Part shown: positions 1 to 11,198 of the stretch, piece by piece
Numbering within the stretch: the stretch's first letter is position 1
Layout: every line of letters begins with the position of its first letter
Assembly (NCBI GenBank): GCA_003971905.1
Contig: RSEE01000047.1
Location: forward strand, 1-64,000
Direction of reading: 5' to 3'
Length of the DNA stretch: 64,000 bases
DNA from: Moniliella sp. 'wahieum'
Lineage: Eukaryota
Translations under genes and position numbers: made by a program
Notes under the pieces: model-generated
Told to the model about the DNA's origin: nothing
Seen by the model: only the letters and a program-made list of their open reading frames with translations
Databases searched by the model: none

Positions 1-68
1 CGTTTTTGCTCTTTATATACCCGGAAAATATCCCTGGAAAATATTGATTTGAAGCTCCAAGGGACGAA

Positions 69-121
69 TGATTAATGATGCATGATGCATGATGTGTGAC
101 GCGCTGACGCGTGACGCGTGA
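69..121 (+). repeat. 7-bp-period TGA-[palindromic tetramer] array with core switching
   Basis: TGA TTAA TGA TGCA TGA TGCA TGA TGTG TGA CGCGC TGA CGCG TGA CGCG TGA. Confidence 0.85.
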
Positions 122-1295
122 CGAGCGGGCGCCACAATGTTTGAGATCCGCCCGATGGCAAATATCTACCTTCTATCTCGGGCCAACATCCAAAATACAT
201 GTGCATAGGAAGGTACATACTGCTAGGCACAGGTGTGTGAAAGAATTGGCTGTTGTGCTTAGGGTTTAGGGTTAGGTACGTTAGACGCACACGTTTAGAC
301 GTTGATGCAGTGGAGCGTGGAGCGCTGAGCTCATGCTGAGCAGCGCTCAGGCTGAGCGCTGACACGCATTGAACGCTTTTCTGCATGATGCATGATACGT
401 CGATGCATAGTCGCTGCGGTCGATGGCGTCGATGCTCGATGCTCGATGAATTTTTGACGGATATTGTTTCTCGCCGCAAAACAGGTGTTGGGGTTATCGA
501 GTTTATCCATTAACACATCCATCCATTACCGATTAACGGATTGTCGAGAGAATCCGGCGGTTAGAGTATCCTGACCTAACATGTTTGGAAGACATCAAAA
601 CGCTTCAGCGCGCCGTTATACGCGTGCGGGGTATTGGTATAGGCCACCCAACGGCACCTCTGCACAGGGATGTTAAAAGAAGCCAACCCCTATTTCGGGC
701 CAGAGGCTGCGAAACAAGGAACACACAGAAAAACGAGGAAACATCGGACCACACACCTATTGACCTGTGGAGCTTGAGGAGGGCCCTAAAGAACCTTGAC
801 CAGAAGTCCGTGCCATCCCGTACGTCAAAAGCTCTGGTCAATTTCTTTCACATCCAATGATTAATGAGATGAAGGGAGCCTAATCAATAGCTAATCGAAA
901 TTTCTTGCGCACAATCTTGTGGGCCTTGCCCACCTTGAATTTTGTACGTAGTACTCACATATCTATCCCGAACCTTGTAACCAGCATTTTCGATTAGCTA
1001 TGATTGATGTTTGGCCATTGGAAAGAACAAAAGCCGGTGAGGAGACAGAGATCAAATGCTGAGCATTTGAGCTATAAGGACATAATGACTTTCCAGATGG
1101 TTGGTGGGTTGGCCAAGCTGGCTATATATATCATATATCATGTACGGGCTGCCTTCACATACACAAGAGGGAGAGACAACCAAATATTTGAAGAGCATCT
1201 GATGGTCCGTGGTGATGATAAAGAATAATAATCTATGCCAGTGCCTTTCCCTCCATGAAGAAAATGAAGCAATCCTGAACAGAGAATAAGGGGAC

Positions 1296-2566
1296 TCAGA
1301 ATCCCACCCTCGCCTCTTCATCTGCTGTTTTGCTCTGATGCAGTGAACGAGAGGGGAGCGGGGTTAGGGTCACGGATGAAGGATCGTGCATCTGCATCAC
1401 CTGTGTCTCGACCGTGAAGGGGACGTTGCCCACACGGTTGGGAGGGGAGGGGAGGGTCGAAAAATGGGTTATGGAGCTGCGCTCACACTCTTTGATTGCA
1501 GATGTGTTCTCCATCTCGACTTGATCAACCACGGCTTGGGTGATAGTAGATATTTGGATCGTTGCTGTGCCTTCTTGTTTCCCACTACCGCTTGAGAGGG
1601 AGGGGTATCCCGCAATACCTTTCAAGTCCAGGCCACCACCCAGCTTCAGCAGCACGAGACGATATGCACAAATGGCAGTAAAAGCATTGGCGATGGACCC
1701 ATTAATGTTGGAAAAAGTCCAGCGCTTGCTGAAAAAGAGCGCGTTGAGCAAGTTGATGGAGAGGGCACAGAAAAAGTAGATCAAACCGTCAGACATAAGA
1801 CGTTGCTGCACGACCTTGGTCAACACAGTTTGCCTGGTAATATTAACCCGCCGCCCGTGTGCGTCAAACAAGAAAGAGGCAAAGGCAAGCGAAGTGATGA
1901 GTGTGTCGAAGACAATGTTGCAGATAAAGTATGCCCACGGAATTTCGTGTCCTGGCATCGCGTAGACACACACACCCAGGTTAAGCGCATACGGGCGAAA
2001 CCAGTTGTTGAGGATAATATTGATCATAAATTGGGCCAACCAAAGGAGCGCAACGACTATCATGATATAGCGATTGCAGTGCCACATGGCCCAAGTTCGT
2101 ACGGAAAAAATGAAGGAGGCGGAGGAGGTAATAATGCTGCCAAGAAAGACGGACGCACGCCCCACGTGGTAACACTCTTGGGTTGTCCAAGAAGGTTTCC
2201 GAAGGGCATGAATGTAGAGTCCGATACAAATTGGGCTTGTGTAGCGCGCGATAAGAAAAGCTGGAGTGACAAGCCATTTGAAACCCCGCTTCCTGTGCAT
2301 GCGGATCTCAGCTGGAAATGTGATAAGTATGCTTCCAGAGGAGGTTATGTGTCAGCAGAGGTGCAGGCGTAAAAATGAAGGAGGATAGGATGAGAAATGG
2401 AGAAGGGGTAATGGCGTACTCCCACAGCAGAAAAGCAAGCAGCACCTAGGTACATACCCCGCACCAAGTCCTGTTCCAATAGCGAAGTTGGAACAGATGG
2501 GGGCAAATGCACCCTCACTCCGGGCGCAGCATGCTGCATCATATGGGTAGGTGGGTTGTCAGCCAT
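1296..2566 (-). CDS. Fungal multi-pass membrane protein (DUF6533-like N-terminus), one intron, one frameshift
   Basis: ATG at 2566 (MADNPPTHMM). Splicing GTACGC (~2419) to AAG (~2333) rebuilds 'WDILITFPAEIRMHRK', resembling the wDyllT..xE motif of DUF6533 proteins. It is followed by about 6 hydrophobic helices with 'SVRTWAMW' and 'LMSDGLIYF' and a polar tail (ORF 1296..2300). Confidence 0.75.
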
Positions 2567-4147
2567 ATGCGCAAAGGTGATGGCGATAGTGTTGGTCGTG
2601 ATGTGGGGGGAGAGGTAGAGAAAATGAGAAAATGCCAGCATGAACGCGCGAACGTTACCTCGACCTTTATATACACTTGAGCGCTTAATGAAGCTTAAAC
2701 GTTAAACCCCCAAACCATGCCAAACCCTGAAAGTGACGAAAGTACATATCGTGAGTACCGGAGAGCATTTGTGTACCGAGTTATTCCTGAGGCCCTTAGG
2801 CCTAAGGCCGGAGGGGGCTGGAGGCACAATCTTCACAAAAGTGGCCGACACCCAATCTGAGGACCTGAGGCCTGTGAGGCTCGCGCTCAGAGATCATCGA
2901 TCATCGAGATCATCGATAATCGATAATCGATAAGTGACCGGTGACCGATGACCCCAGGCGCCACAAGTGGCGCTTACGCAGGGGCACTGTGCTTGCCACA
3001 GTCCGAGTACTGAGTACTCTGTCTGAGTCGAAGAGTCCACGTATGTATACTGTGTGCTGCACTTATTTTTGAGGATTCGAAATTTTAATGAGAAAGCGAG
3101 AGAGAATGATTCACAATATCCACAACCATCACGCATCACTGCCTCTGAAATCTCAGTGAGATCTGATGCACTCAGACTCAGCAGTTGAGTACTCAAGGTG
3201 GCGCCGAATTAGATCTTCAAAAGCTTTTTAAGCTCTTTAACGTCTTCAACGTTCAATAAAAGCTTCAAGCTTCAAGCTTCAAGCTGGAATGAACGTACCA
3301 CTCCACAGGCTGTGGCCTGCTGTGGCTCTTGTGGCACACGGCAATATTCATCCTGTATCTAAGAGGTGGACGAGACGGAGTCGATCGATGATCGATGGTG
3401 TAGACGCGCGGCACGGTTCAAAAGAAACCCTAATGTTGCGTTTCGCATTCATTTAAATATTTACAGAAGTACGCGAGGATACTACGGCACCAAGACGGCG
3501 GGCAAGTTGTTTGCGCATTGGAAGGAGTTGGCTACTAAGTCTCAGTGGAAATGGTTCCTCGCTCGGATGTCAACCACGTTCCTCCGTGTCCACACGCGCT
3601 TCCTAGGGTACGGGACCGGATGGCGAGAGCCGGAGGGTCCTGATATCCTGGCGATCCCCCTGGTTCCTTGACCTTAGTGGCGCTTCCAAGTAACCCCCGC
3701 AAGATGAACGGTTCGGTTTAGACGTAGCGTTCCCCCTGTCCCAGCCTTAAGCTCTGTCAATGATATGAATTCAAGAAGTACGGCTGGGACAAAAAGAAAC
3801 GCTCTGGGCGCCTTTGGTGCTGCGCGTATAACCAGCTAATACACCCGCCGCGTCCTGCTTGCCCGTGTTATGCATGTCATGCATGTTAACTCAATTGGGA
3901 GAAGTGGAGCTAGTGGAGGGTAGCGCGGAGAAATGAAAAAGTGGTATCTCCACGTGACAACATATGAGAGCAATGAATAACGAGGAAGTGCTATTCGATG
4001 ATATTCGTATTTCTATATCGGAGGGTGCAAAAGAAAATGCCAACCCTTTTGCCCGCCGACCTGCACGTGATGGGTGGGTGGGGCTGGCTACGCCAACGAT
4101 CGGGCATATGACAGAGTCGCGTCGACGCGTCCCTCCACTACCTTAAA

Positions 4148-4400
4148 ATGCCCCCTATCCGTGCTCACTGGCGGTGCCCCCACATTGTCGCATCAACGAC
4201 CACACTCGCGCACAGTGCCCCTCCAATCCACACCGAGAGTTATACCGTCATGCCCTCGCCCTGGTCACAAAAGGCTGCCGACTGCCCACAATGCGTATTT
4301 TGCAAGACGGATGACCACCCGACGCGTCTCTGCCCTGCCCCTAGCTCTCGGTTCGGATCATCCTCCAATGATCTACAGCGTTTAAGCTCGATAGGGTGGA
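4148..4400 (+). mobile_element. Retrotransposon gag-like relic with CCHC zinc knuckle
   Basis: CVFCKTDDHPTRLC (4292-4333) fits CX2CX4HX4C exactly. No pol-like ORF is seen nearby. Confidence 0.5.
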
Positions 4401-5271
4401 TGGGTGTGTTATTTCATGCCTGCCATCCTATGGGGACTTCACTACTGGCTCAAAGGGGAGCAGTGATGCAAAGAGTACCCGCGATAGCACAACAGGCGGA
4501 GTGGTGGAACAAGGCGGAGATGTGGAGAGCAATTGGGCCTGTGGAACAAAAAGAGGGGGGAGGGGGTGGAAAAGGTGATCGGTGGAACAAGGGAAGGGTT
4601 GGAGCAAGGATAATCGGTGGACCAGAGGTGGTGGGCTCGACCCATGTAACGTGATACGACGACCCTGGGCCCTGCCAGGGGGCTCTCACCCAGGTTGATG
4701 GGGTACAATCCCTTAGGTGAAGGACGATTCACGGTAGTTTCGGGTTTGGGCGAGAAGGGAGATGGAGCGAGCAGGGCGTGTGCGGCCTGCGAGCGGAACT
4801 CTTTCGACCGGCTAAGCGAGAGCGTCACCGATCCACTGAGGGTGGGTGCAGGGGAAGCCTAGCACTACCCCCCCAACAGAAGCAAGCGAAGGCTGCCAAG
4901 GCACTAAGAATATCATCCGATAGCACTTCCTCGTAAATTATTACACTGGCACTGAGTAGTACAGATTGAGTACGGGGGCCTCTTGGGAAGACCTACCTTA
5001 TCAATTGTAACGCTTATCCCTATCCCCGTGTGCACATCATTGTCAACACGCAAAGTGGGGGCAAACTGTGTCGTATATAGTAACTGCATCAAGTGCGCGC
5101 TTCTACCGAATTTGAGAACCCAACAGGCGAAGCCTTGGGCCTGGCCACCCATGTTGATTTTCTTCTTGTAAAACCACATCTTGTAATGATCAACGATTAT
5201 CGATTAGGGATCATCGGCCGCACAGCACAATATTCCATTCACGTATACACGCCCCGGTCATACTTGACACG

Positions 5272-6351
5272 CTAGGGCGCGTTGATCACGATTTTTCCCA
5301 AGGCACGGTTGGTCAGGAGACGCTGGTATGCGTCCTTGGCCTCGTCAAACGCAAACTCCGAATCAATTACGGGCTTGATCGACGTAGCGGCGTCAGCAGT
5401 GATGTACTTGGCGCCCAGGACCGGCATCTGGAGTTTGTCAATCATCTCTTCCTTGTATGTCCTTGGCACACCCGACAAAAATCGAGGCAGTAGCACCAGG
5501 CGCGCCCGACTCCACAAGAACTTTAACACTGCTCCGAGACTCTGGCCTGGCAGCAGGTCCGTTGCCCCGATGTTACAATAGACCCCGTCCTTTTTGAGGA
5601 ACTTGTCCGACGCGTATAAAATGCTTAAGTCTCCAACGCAATCAAGCACAACGTCGAAAGCTTCGGTGCTGTTGGTGGCATGGGACTGGGCCAGCTCAGT
5701 GGGGAGCGAAACCGCACGATAATCCAGCACTTCGTCTGCGCCCAGCGACTTGACCACCTTAATTTTTTCCCCCGAAGCGCTGGCAGTGATAGACTTGGCC
5801 CCAAGGAAGCGGAGGATCTGAATGAGGATGAGGCCGACACTGGTGCTACCGCCCAGGACCAGGACGCGGTCGCCGGCCTTGACGTAAGACGAGAGCTTGA
5901 GGGCAGTAAGCGAGGTAAGAGGGAGCGCGGCACCCTGGGAAAAGGATAGGCGCTCCGGTAGGGGCGCAACGCAGGTTGCATTGGAGCATGTATAGGTCGC
6001 AATCGTGCCTGGCAGCTTCGTAAATGCCACGTCACCCGCATCATTGAGCCCGCACACGCGAGCGCCAATAGGCAAGGTCTTCTTCTGCTCTTCACTCAGG
6101 CCGGGGCCGTGATCGGCAACAATGCCAGCAAAGTCGCTACCCAGCGTACGGGGCCAGGTTTGCAAGAAAGCTGGCGCGACAGCAGTAAGCTTCCAGTCGA
6201 CTGGGTTGATCGAGCTGGCGCGGACCTCGACTAGGATCTGGCCCTTGCCCGGCTTGGGGAGCGGCACCTCTTCTTTTTGCATCGTCACAGGCGGCAAGCC
6301 CGCCTTATGCACACGCCACGCAGTAGCGGTGGAGGGAAGAGTAGTGGACAT
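5272..6351 (-). CDS. MDR-family NAD(P)H-dependent oxidoreductase (Yim1/RTN4IP1/enoyl-reductase-like)
   Basis: Intact ORF from MSTTLP with 'ILVEVRASSINPVDWK', 'GSDFAGIV', 'VLVLGGSTSVG', 'LGADEVLDY' and the C-terminal 'RALGKIVI'. Confidence 0.92.
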   Translation of the reverse strand: MSTTLPSTATAWRVHKAGLPPVTMQKEEVPLPKPGKGQILVEVRASSINPVDWKLTAVAPAFLQTWPRTLGSDFAGIVADHGPGLSEEQKKTLPIGARVCGLNDAGDVAFTKLPGTIATYTCSNATCVAPLPERLSFSQGAALPLTSLTALKLSSYVKAGDRVLVLGGSTSVGLILIQILRFLGAKSITASASGEKIKVVKSLGADEVLDYRAVSLPTELAQSHATNSTEAFDVVLDCVGDLSILYASDKFLKKDGVYCNIGATDLLPGQSLGAVLKFLWSRARLVLLPRFLSGVPRTYKEEMIDKLQMPVLGAKYITADAATSIKPVIDSEFAFDEAKDAYQRLLTNRALGKIVINAP

Positions 6352-7247
6352 GATGGCGCAAAGGAAAAAGGCAGCGGGTTGCTTGGCCCGAATCCTTTCG
6401 CCCAACTCGTGTGTTAATATGCTATCGGGGGGCGGACGTAAGGCAATCTGCGCTCTTCGATCACTGGGTCGCAAAGGCCGAGATGAACTGCAGCTTCAAG
6501 TTTTCTCTAACTTTCCAATGTCAGTGTAGTCAATCACCACTTCTCAGATCTCACCACTCCTCACCACATTACTGGCACTACAGCACTGCGGACAAAAGGG
6601 ACACTGGCCGCCGAACCCCCACAGAGGGCCAGTGCCGATGCAGCCCCGCCGAGGCTGGCCGACTGGCTAAACCCCCATGCCGAGGTCGCCCGAGCCTCCG
6701 CCGCCGCCCTTATTTCCGGGCCACAAGAACCCCTTACAGGCGTGGCGGACTTGGAGCTTGGAGGCGGAACACTGGCGCAGGAATTGAAATGTACAGCGGG
6801 AGGCGGTGGCAGGCGGAGGCCACGTGTCCAACTGAAATGAACGCTGGAGGCGTGCCCTTCGTCCCAAACGGGTTACGTTGGTGCGGGACGCCCGCTCAGT
6901 GAGTGGCAATCGTGTTGCGTGTTGGGTGTCGCGTCACGCGTCAGACCCGCTGAGCATCCGACACACCAATCAGTGCAACCCTATTCTCCCTCCACGTAGC
7001 CCGTGCATGACGTAGACACGGACAAGGGCAGTGTGGGGGTCACCCGTCCCGTTGCTTCGTCGCTCACCAGCGTGAAGGCGCGGGGCCAGTGTCGGCACTG
7101 GGGCTGCTCTGGGGCCATTGCGAGCATCATGCATCGCTCCATGTCACCCCCCGCCCCCACGGCCCGCAGCATCCATCTGAACCTCCACCTCCCCTCCACC
7201 TCCACCTCCACCTCTGCCTTCTGCCCCGAGGTTGGGCTGAAGATACC

Positions 7248-10200
7248 ATGTCGCACCCTCCGCGCCATCGCCAGTACCCGCCGCTCTCGAACGCAGCGCC
7301 CCCGCCCGTGCGGACCGGTGCTCCGCCCTCGGCTCCTCCACAGGGCCCGCCGCGCGCCAGTGCTCCGCCCTCGGCGCCTCCGCAGGGCCCGCCACGCGCC
7401 GGTGCCCCGTCGCACCCCCCCGCTGGCCGTCCCCGCCACGGTGCCCCATCCGCTGTCCCCTCTTCTGTCACTGCCACCACCACGGCCACTTCGCCTCCAC
7501 GCAGTGCTCCCGCCCTGCGTCCTGCTGCTGCTCCCATATCGGTTCCCACACCCGCTTCGCTCAAGGTGTCCGACTCCGCTCCGGCCCCGCCGTCGACCAC
7601 CGCCTCGCGCAAGGCCGCCGCTTCAAAGTCTAAGGCAGCCGCTCGAAAGCCCAGAGCACGCTATGAGCCTCTTCCTCACCGCCGGGCTGGGAGGAATTTG
7701 CTACGCCACCTGTTGCGCCTAGGTATTCTTTATACTCTGTATTTATCCCTCTGGTCTTGTCCCAGCACGCCCTTTTCATTCACGTACAACGCTGCCGACT
7801 CACGTGGCCTCTGCCGCACTCTGGCATCCACTGGTGAGGTACTTGGCCCACATTTAGGTCCCTATGCCCAAGCGCTCGATGATCGGACAGCCCCGTATGT
7901 GGCGGCAGTGGCGCCTATTGCCCAGGCTGGGTTCCGTGCCACCGCCCCGGTGGTCAAGGGGATCCATCATGCGGGTCATCAGTTGTACCACAATCACGTG
8001 GCACCCGTTCAAGCTCGCTGTACGACTGCCGCCTCATCTTGGGCCGCACCCCATCTCGCCAATGTTCATGCTGTGATCGATCCACACCTTCAAACCCTCA
8101 AGACCCAGTTGGGACACTATAACGACATCTATTGGCGTGATGTGCATCAGTACGTGGCTGCAGCGCATTCTCATGTTGATGCGGGTGCCCGTGCTGGGTG
8201 GAAGGTGTATTTGAACCATGCACACCCGCGGCTGGTGCGGGTGTTTCAAGCCATCTACTCGTTCTTGGCCGACCGTCTGTTCCCTTTGATTGCTCGCACT
8301 TACGCCACGCACTTGCTGCCCCATCTTCGCTCGCTTGGGACTAAAGTGTGGGAAGGCAAGCTGGCGCTACGCACCCGTGAAGCCATCGCTTCGACCCACG
8401 TCCGCTCTCTTGGTCTCACTATTTCTGGTTGGTACACCCACGTGTCGGACAAGGCCGCTGCGTGGACCCAGCCTCGAAGCCAAGAGCCCGACCCTGCGTT
8501 CCTGGAATCATTGACGGCTGAAATCCGTGCACAGATCCTAGGGGAACAAGCAGAGGAGGAGGCGCGCAGGGATCAGCTTCGCAAGGAGGAGGAAGCCACC
8601 ACGTTTGACCGTCTCAACCTATGGGAAGTAGGCCTGACAGAGCACATTCGCAAGTCGTACAAGACTTGGACGGACCGAATCGTGAACCTCCGGGACAGCA
8701 CCATTGCTGACTTGCCTGTTCGCTTTGCTACCCTTACCGATGAGTTTGTGGACAGCGAAGCTGGTGTGGCTATTGCCCGGTTGGAGCGGCGGTTTGAGGC
8801 TTTGTCTTCGGCCAAGGACCCGCGTCCGGTCGAGGAGAGAGTGGAAATTGCCAAGCGTGGACTCAAGCGTGAGCAGAACAAGCTCTTGGCTGAGGGTGCA
8901 CAGCTGCGTAAGGAACTGCAGTCCGTGCTTACTGAGCTGGATGAAGCTGAGAAGGCATCGACGATCAAATCGGCCGACGACGTGGCGCAATTTGCCGACA
9001 CTGCCATCTCATTCCAGCAACGACTGATGTCGCAGGCGCAATACAGCGAGACAGTCTCCCGGTTTGGTCGGTGGGATCTGAGCATGCAAATGCGCGCCAA
9101 GCTCTATCGCTCCGAAATTGAGGACGTCCTCTACCGTGGTAAGCCTGTCAAGGCCGACCTGGACGTGGTGGACCCTAACAAGGCCGCTCCAGATGTGGCG
9201 ATGCACGTAGCCGACCTGCAGCAACGAACTGCGCTCCTTTACTCCGCTGCAGCTGACGCCATTCGTCGGTACGGTGTCGAGGGCATTGAGGAGCTGCGTC
9301 GCAGCCCGAAAGAGGTAATTTCTGCTGAAGAGGGGGGCAAGCGACACCAACTTGCCCTCGACGCCCTTAAGCGGGTCGCTGAGGCGGCCAAGGAGATTCA
9401 AACCCAGATTCCTCGTGCTCTTCTCGATGCGGCGTCTAAAGCCCGCGAGAGTCTTGGATGGGAGGAAATTGTCCCCGAAAACCCAGATGAGGATCTCTGG
9501 GTTGGCCCCCCTCCCGAGATTGACACTACTACTCGCATCGACGCGGCGGTGGAGGTGGAAAACAAGGTGAGAGAGCATGAAGCAGAGCAGATTGACCTTT
9601 CCCCCCTTGAGGAGGTCTCGACAGCCACGGAGGAGCTCGACACTACGACTATTCCCGTTGAAGGTCATTCGGAGGAAGAGATCGTCTTCCATGGTGCTAC
9701 AACTAGCGTATCCCCCTATGGCTACACCTACGTCAACGGACGTGCCGTCCTCGGTGGAACCACAACTCCAGGTGGGCACGACTGGTGTAGTCCAACCTGT
9801 TGGAACGGAAGACGCTGCGTTGAGTGCGTCATTTGCTTCAGAGGCTGCTACTGCGTCCGCGGCCTCCGCCTCCGCCTCTGCCTCCGCCTCCGCGACCGCG
9901 ACCGAGAAGACCACTCTGGTTGCCCCCGTAACTACTTCTGCGCCGGAAGTAATCGACACGGTAGAATCGGAGGAGGTACCTGTTGCGGAGGAGGCACCTG
10001 TTGCGGAGGAGGCACCTGTTGCGGAGGAGGCACCTGTTGCGGAGGAGGTACCTGTTGCGGATGAGGTATCTGTTGCGGAGCCTACACCAACCGAGTCCAC
10101 CGGGGCTGCTCCTCCCGGTGCCACTGCTACGAAGGTCGCTTCGAGGCGCTTAAAGTGGAGGAAATACTGACGGAACCACCACTGGAGGTTTCGGCATCCT

Positions 10201-10277
10201 CTTCCCTTCCGGTGACGGCTTCGGCCAGCTCTGAGTCGGTCGATGAGCCCACGTCAGTTGAGCACGAAGACCTATAA
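7248..10277 (+). CDS. Large single-pass, coiled-coil-rich protein, She10-like, ending in HEDL (frameshifted in the 3' part)
   Basis: Pro-rich N-terminus, then TM 'LGILYTLYLSLWSCP...CRTL...PYAQALDDRTAPYV', which resembles fungal She10-like proteins, then a long helical region. The Ala/Glu/Pro-rich tail runs through ORF 9577..10170 and, after a shift near 10142, ends ...PTSVEHEDL-TAA (10275-10277). Confidence 0.7.
9969..10080 (+). repeat. Coding 18-bp minisatellite (GAGGCACCTGTTGCGGAG, about 6 copies; EAPVAE)
   Basis: Direct reading of tandem units at 9969-10080, preceded by a GCCTCC (Ala-Ser) run at ~9855-9895. Confidence 0.9.
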
Positions 10278-10708
10278 CCTTTTTGGCCTCAACCTCGCAT
10301 GTACGGTGGAGGAGGTACGTGGCCCTCTCGCTTTGATATGGGGTGTGGATATCTGGCGTGATCGTTTCTCTGGCCATTGTAGGCTCATTAAAGAATTTTC
10401 CTATAGGGGACTTCCATCAAGCTTGGGTCTTGACGGCCTGAGGTCTGAGAGAAGATAACTCTACTGTTGGTAGCTTCTATATATGTGGAACTCGCCATGG
10501 AAAACATTTTCTTGGAAGTCAGAGGGGAACGCAGGAGAGCCTCTGTAATAACGCGAACTGGGAACTTCCAAAATTGTACCTTCCCCTATACGATGATGTC
10601 GATGATGATCGATGATTAATGGATTAATGATTACAAAAGCAACCCATTTCGGCTTCGGCCATAGTCGGGGATGAACCGGTCTAGCTTGCCACCACCACCG
10701 CCGTCGAG

Positions 10709-11198
10709 ATGTCTCTGCGCCTTTCTGTACCGCTCGCTAGGGCTGCGCGGAGCGTATTTCTCCCCCGTTTGGCACTGTCTCCAGGCAGCAGGGTGTACCC
10801 CATGCCTATGGCGCAGAGGGCGTTCAGCGTCTCCTCCACCTGCCGCGCCGAGCCTATCGGAGTGGACGTTGAAGCTTCCCCTGCGGCTCCGGTCGAGCAG
10901 GAACAGACCGAAGGCGAAAAGCAAATCCTCTCCGTCTTGGAGGCCAAGTTTTCGCCTTCGATGCTGAGCGTTACCGATGTGTCGGGAGGCTGTGGGGCGT
11001 TCTACACGATCATGATTGCCTCCAAGCAATTTAATGGCCTGTCCACTCTCAAGCAACATCGCCTGGTCCAGACGGAACTCAAAAACATCATCAAAGACAT
11101 CCATGGTCTTCAGGTGTGTCCCTCTTCTTTCGGGGAAGCCGGGGCGCTGACCTTTCTCTTGCCAGTTGCACACAGTTCCAGAGCCCGATGAGGCATAA
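10709..11198 (+). CDS. Mitochondrial BolA-family protein (Bol3/Aim1-like)
   Basis: Arg/Ser-rich presequence, then 'DVSGGCGAFY', 'F.GLSTLKQHRLV...IHGLQ'. Intron 11114-11165 (GTGTGT..CTGAC..CCAG); exon 2 reads LHTVPEPDEA-TAA. Confidence 0.92.

Noticed and set aside
259..276. TTAGGG-TTTAGGG-TTAGG telomere-like tract
   Set aside because: Only about three imperfect units; too short to call an interstitial telomere.
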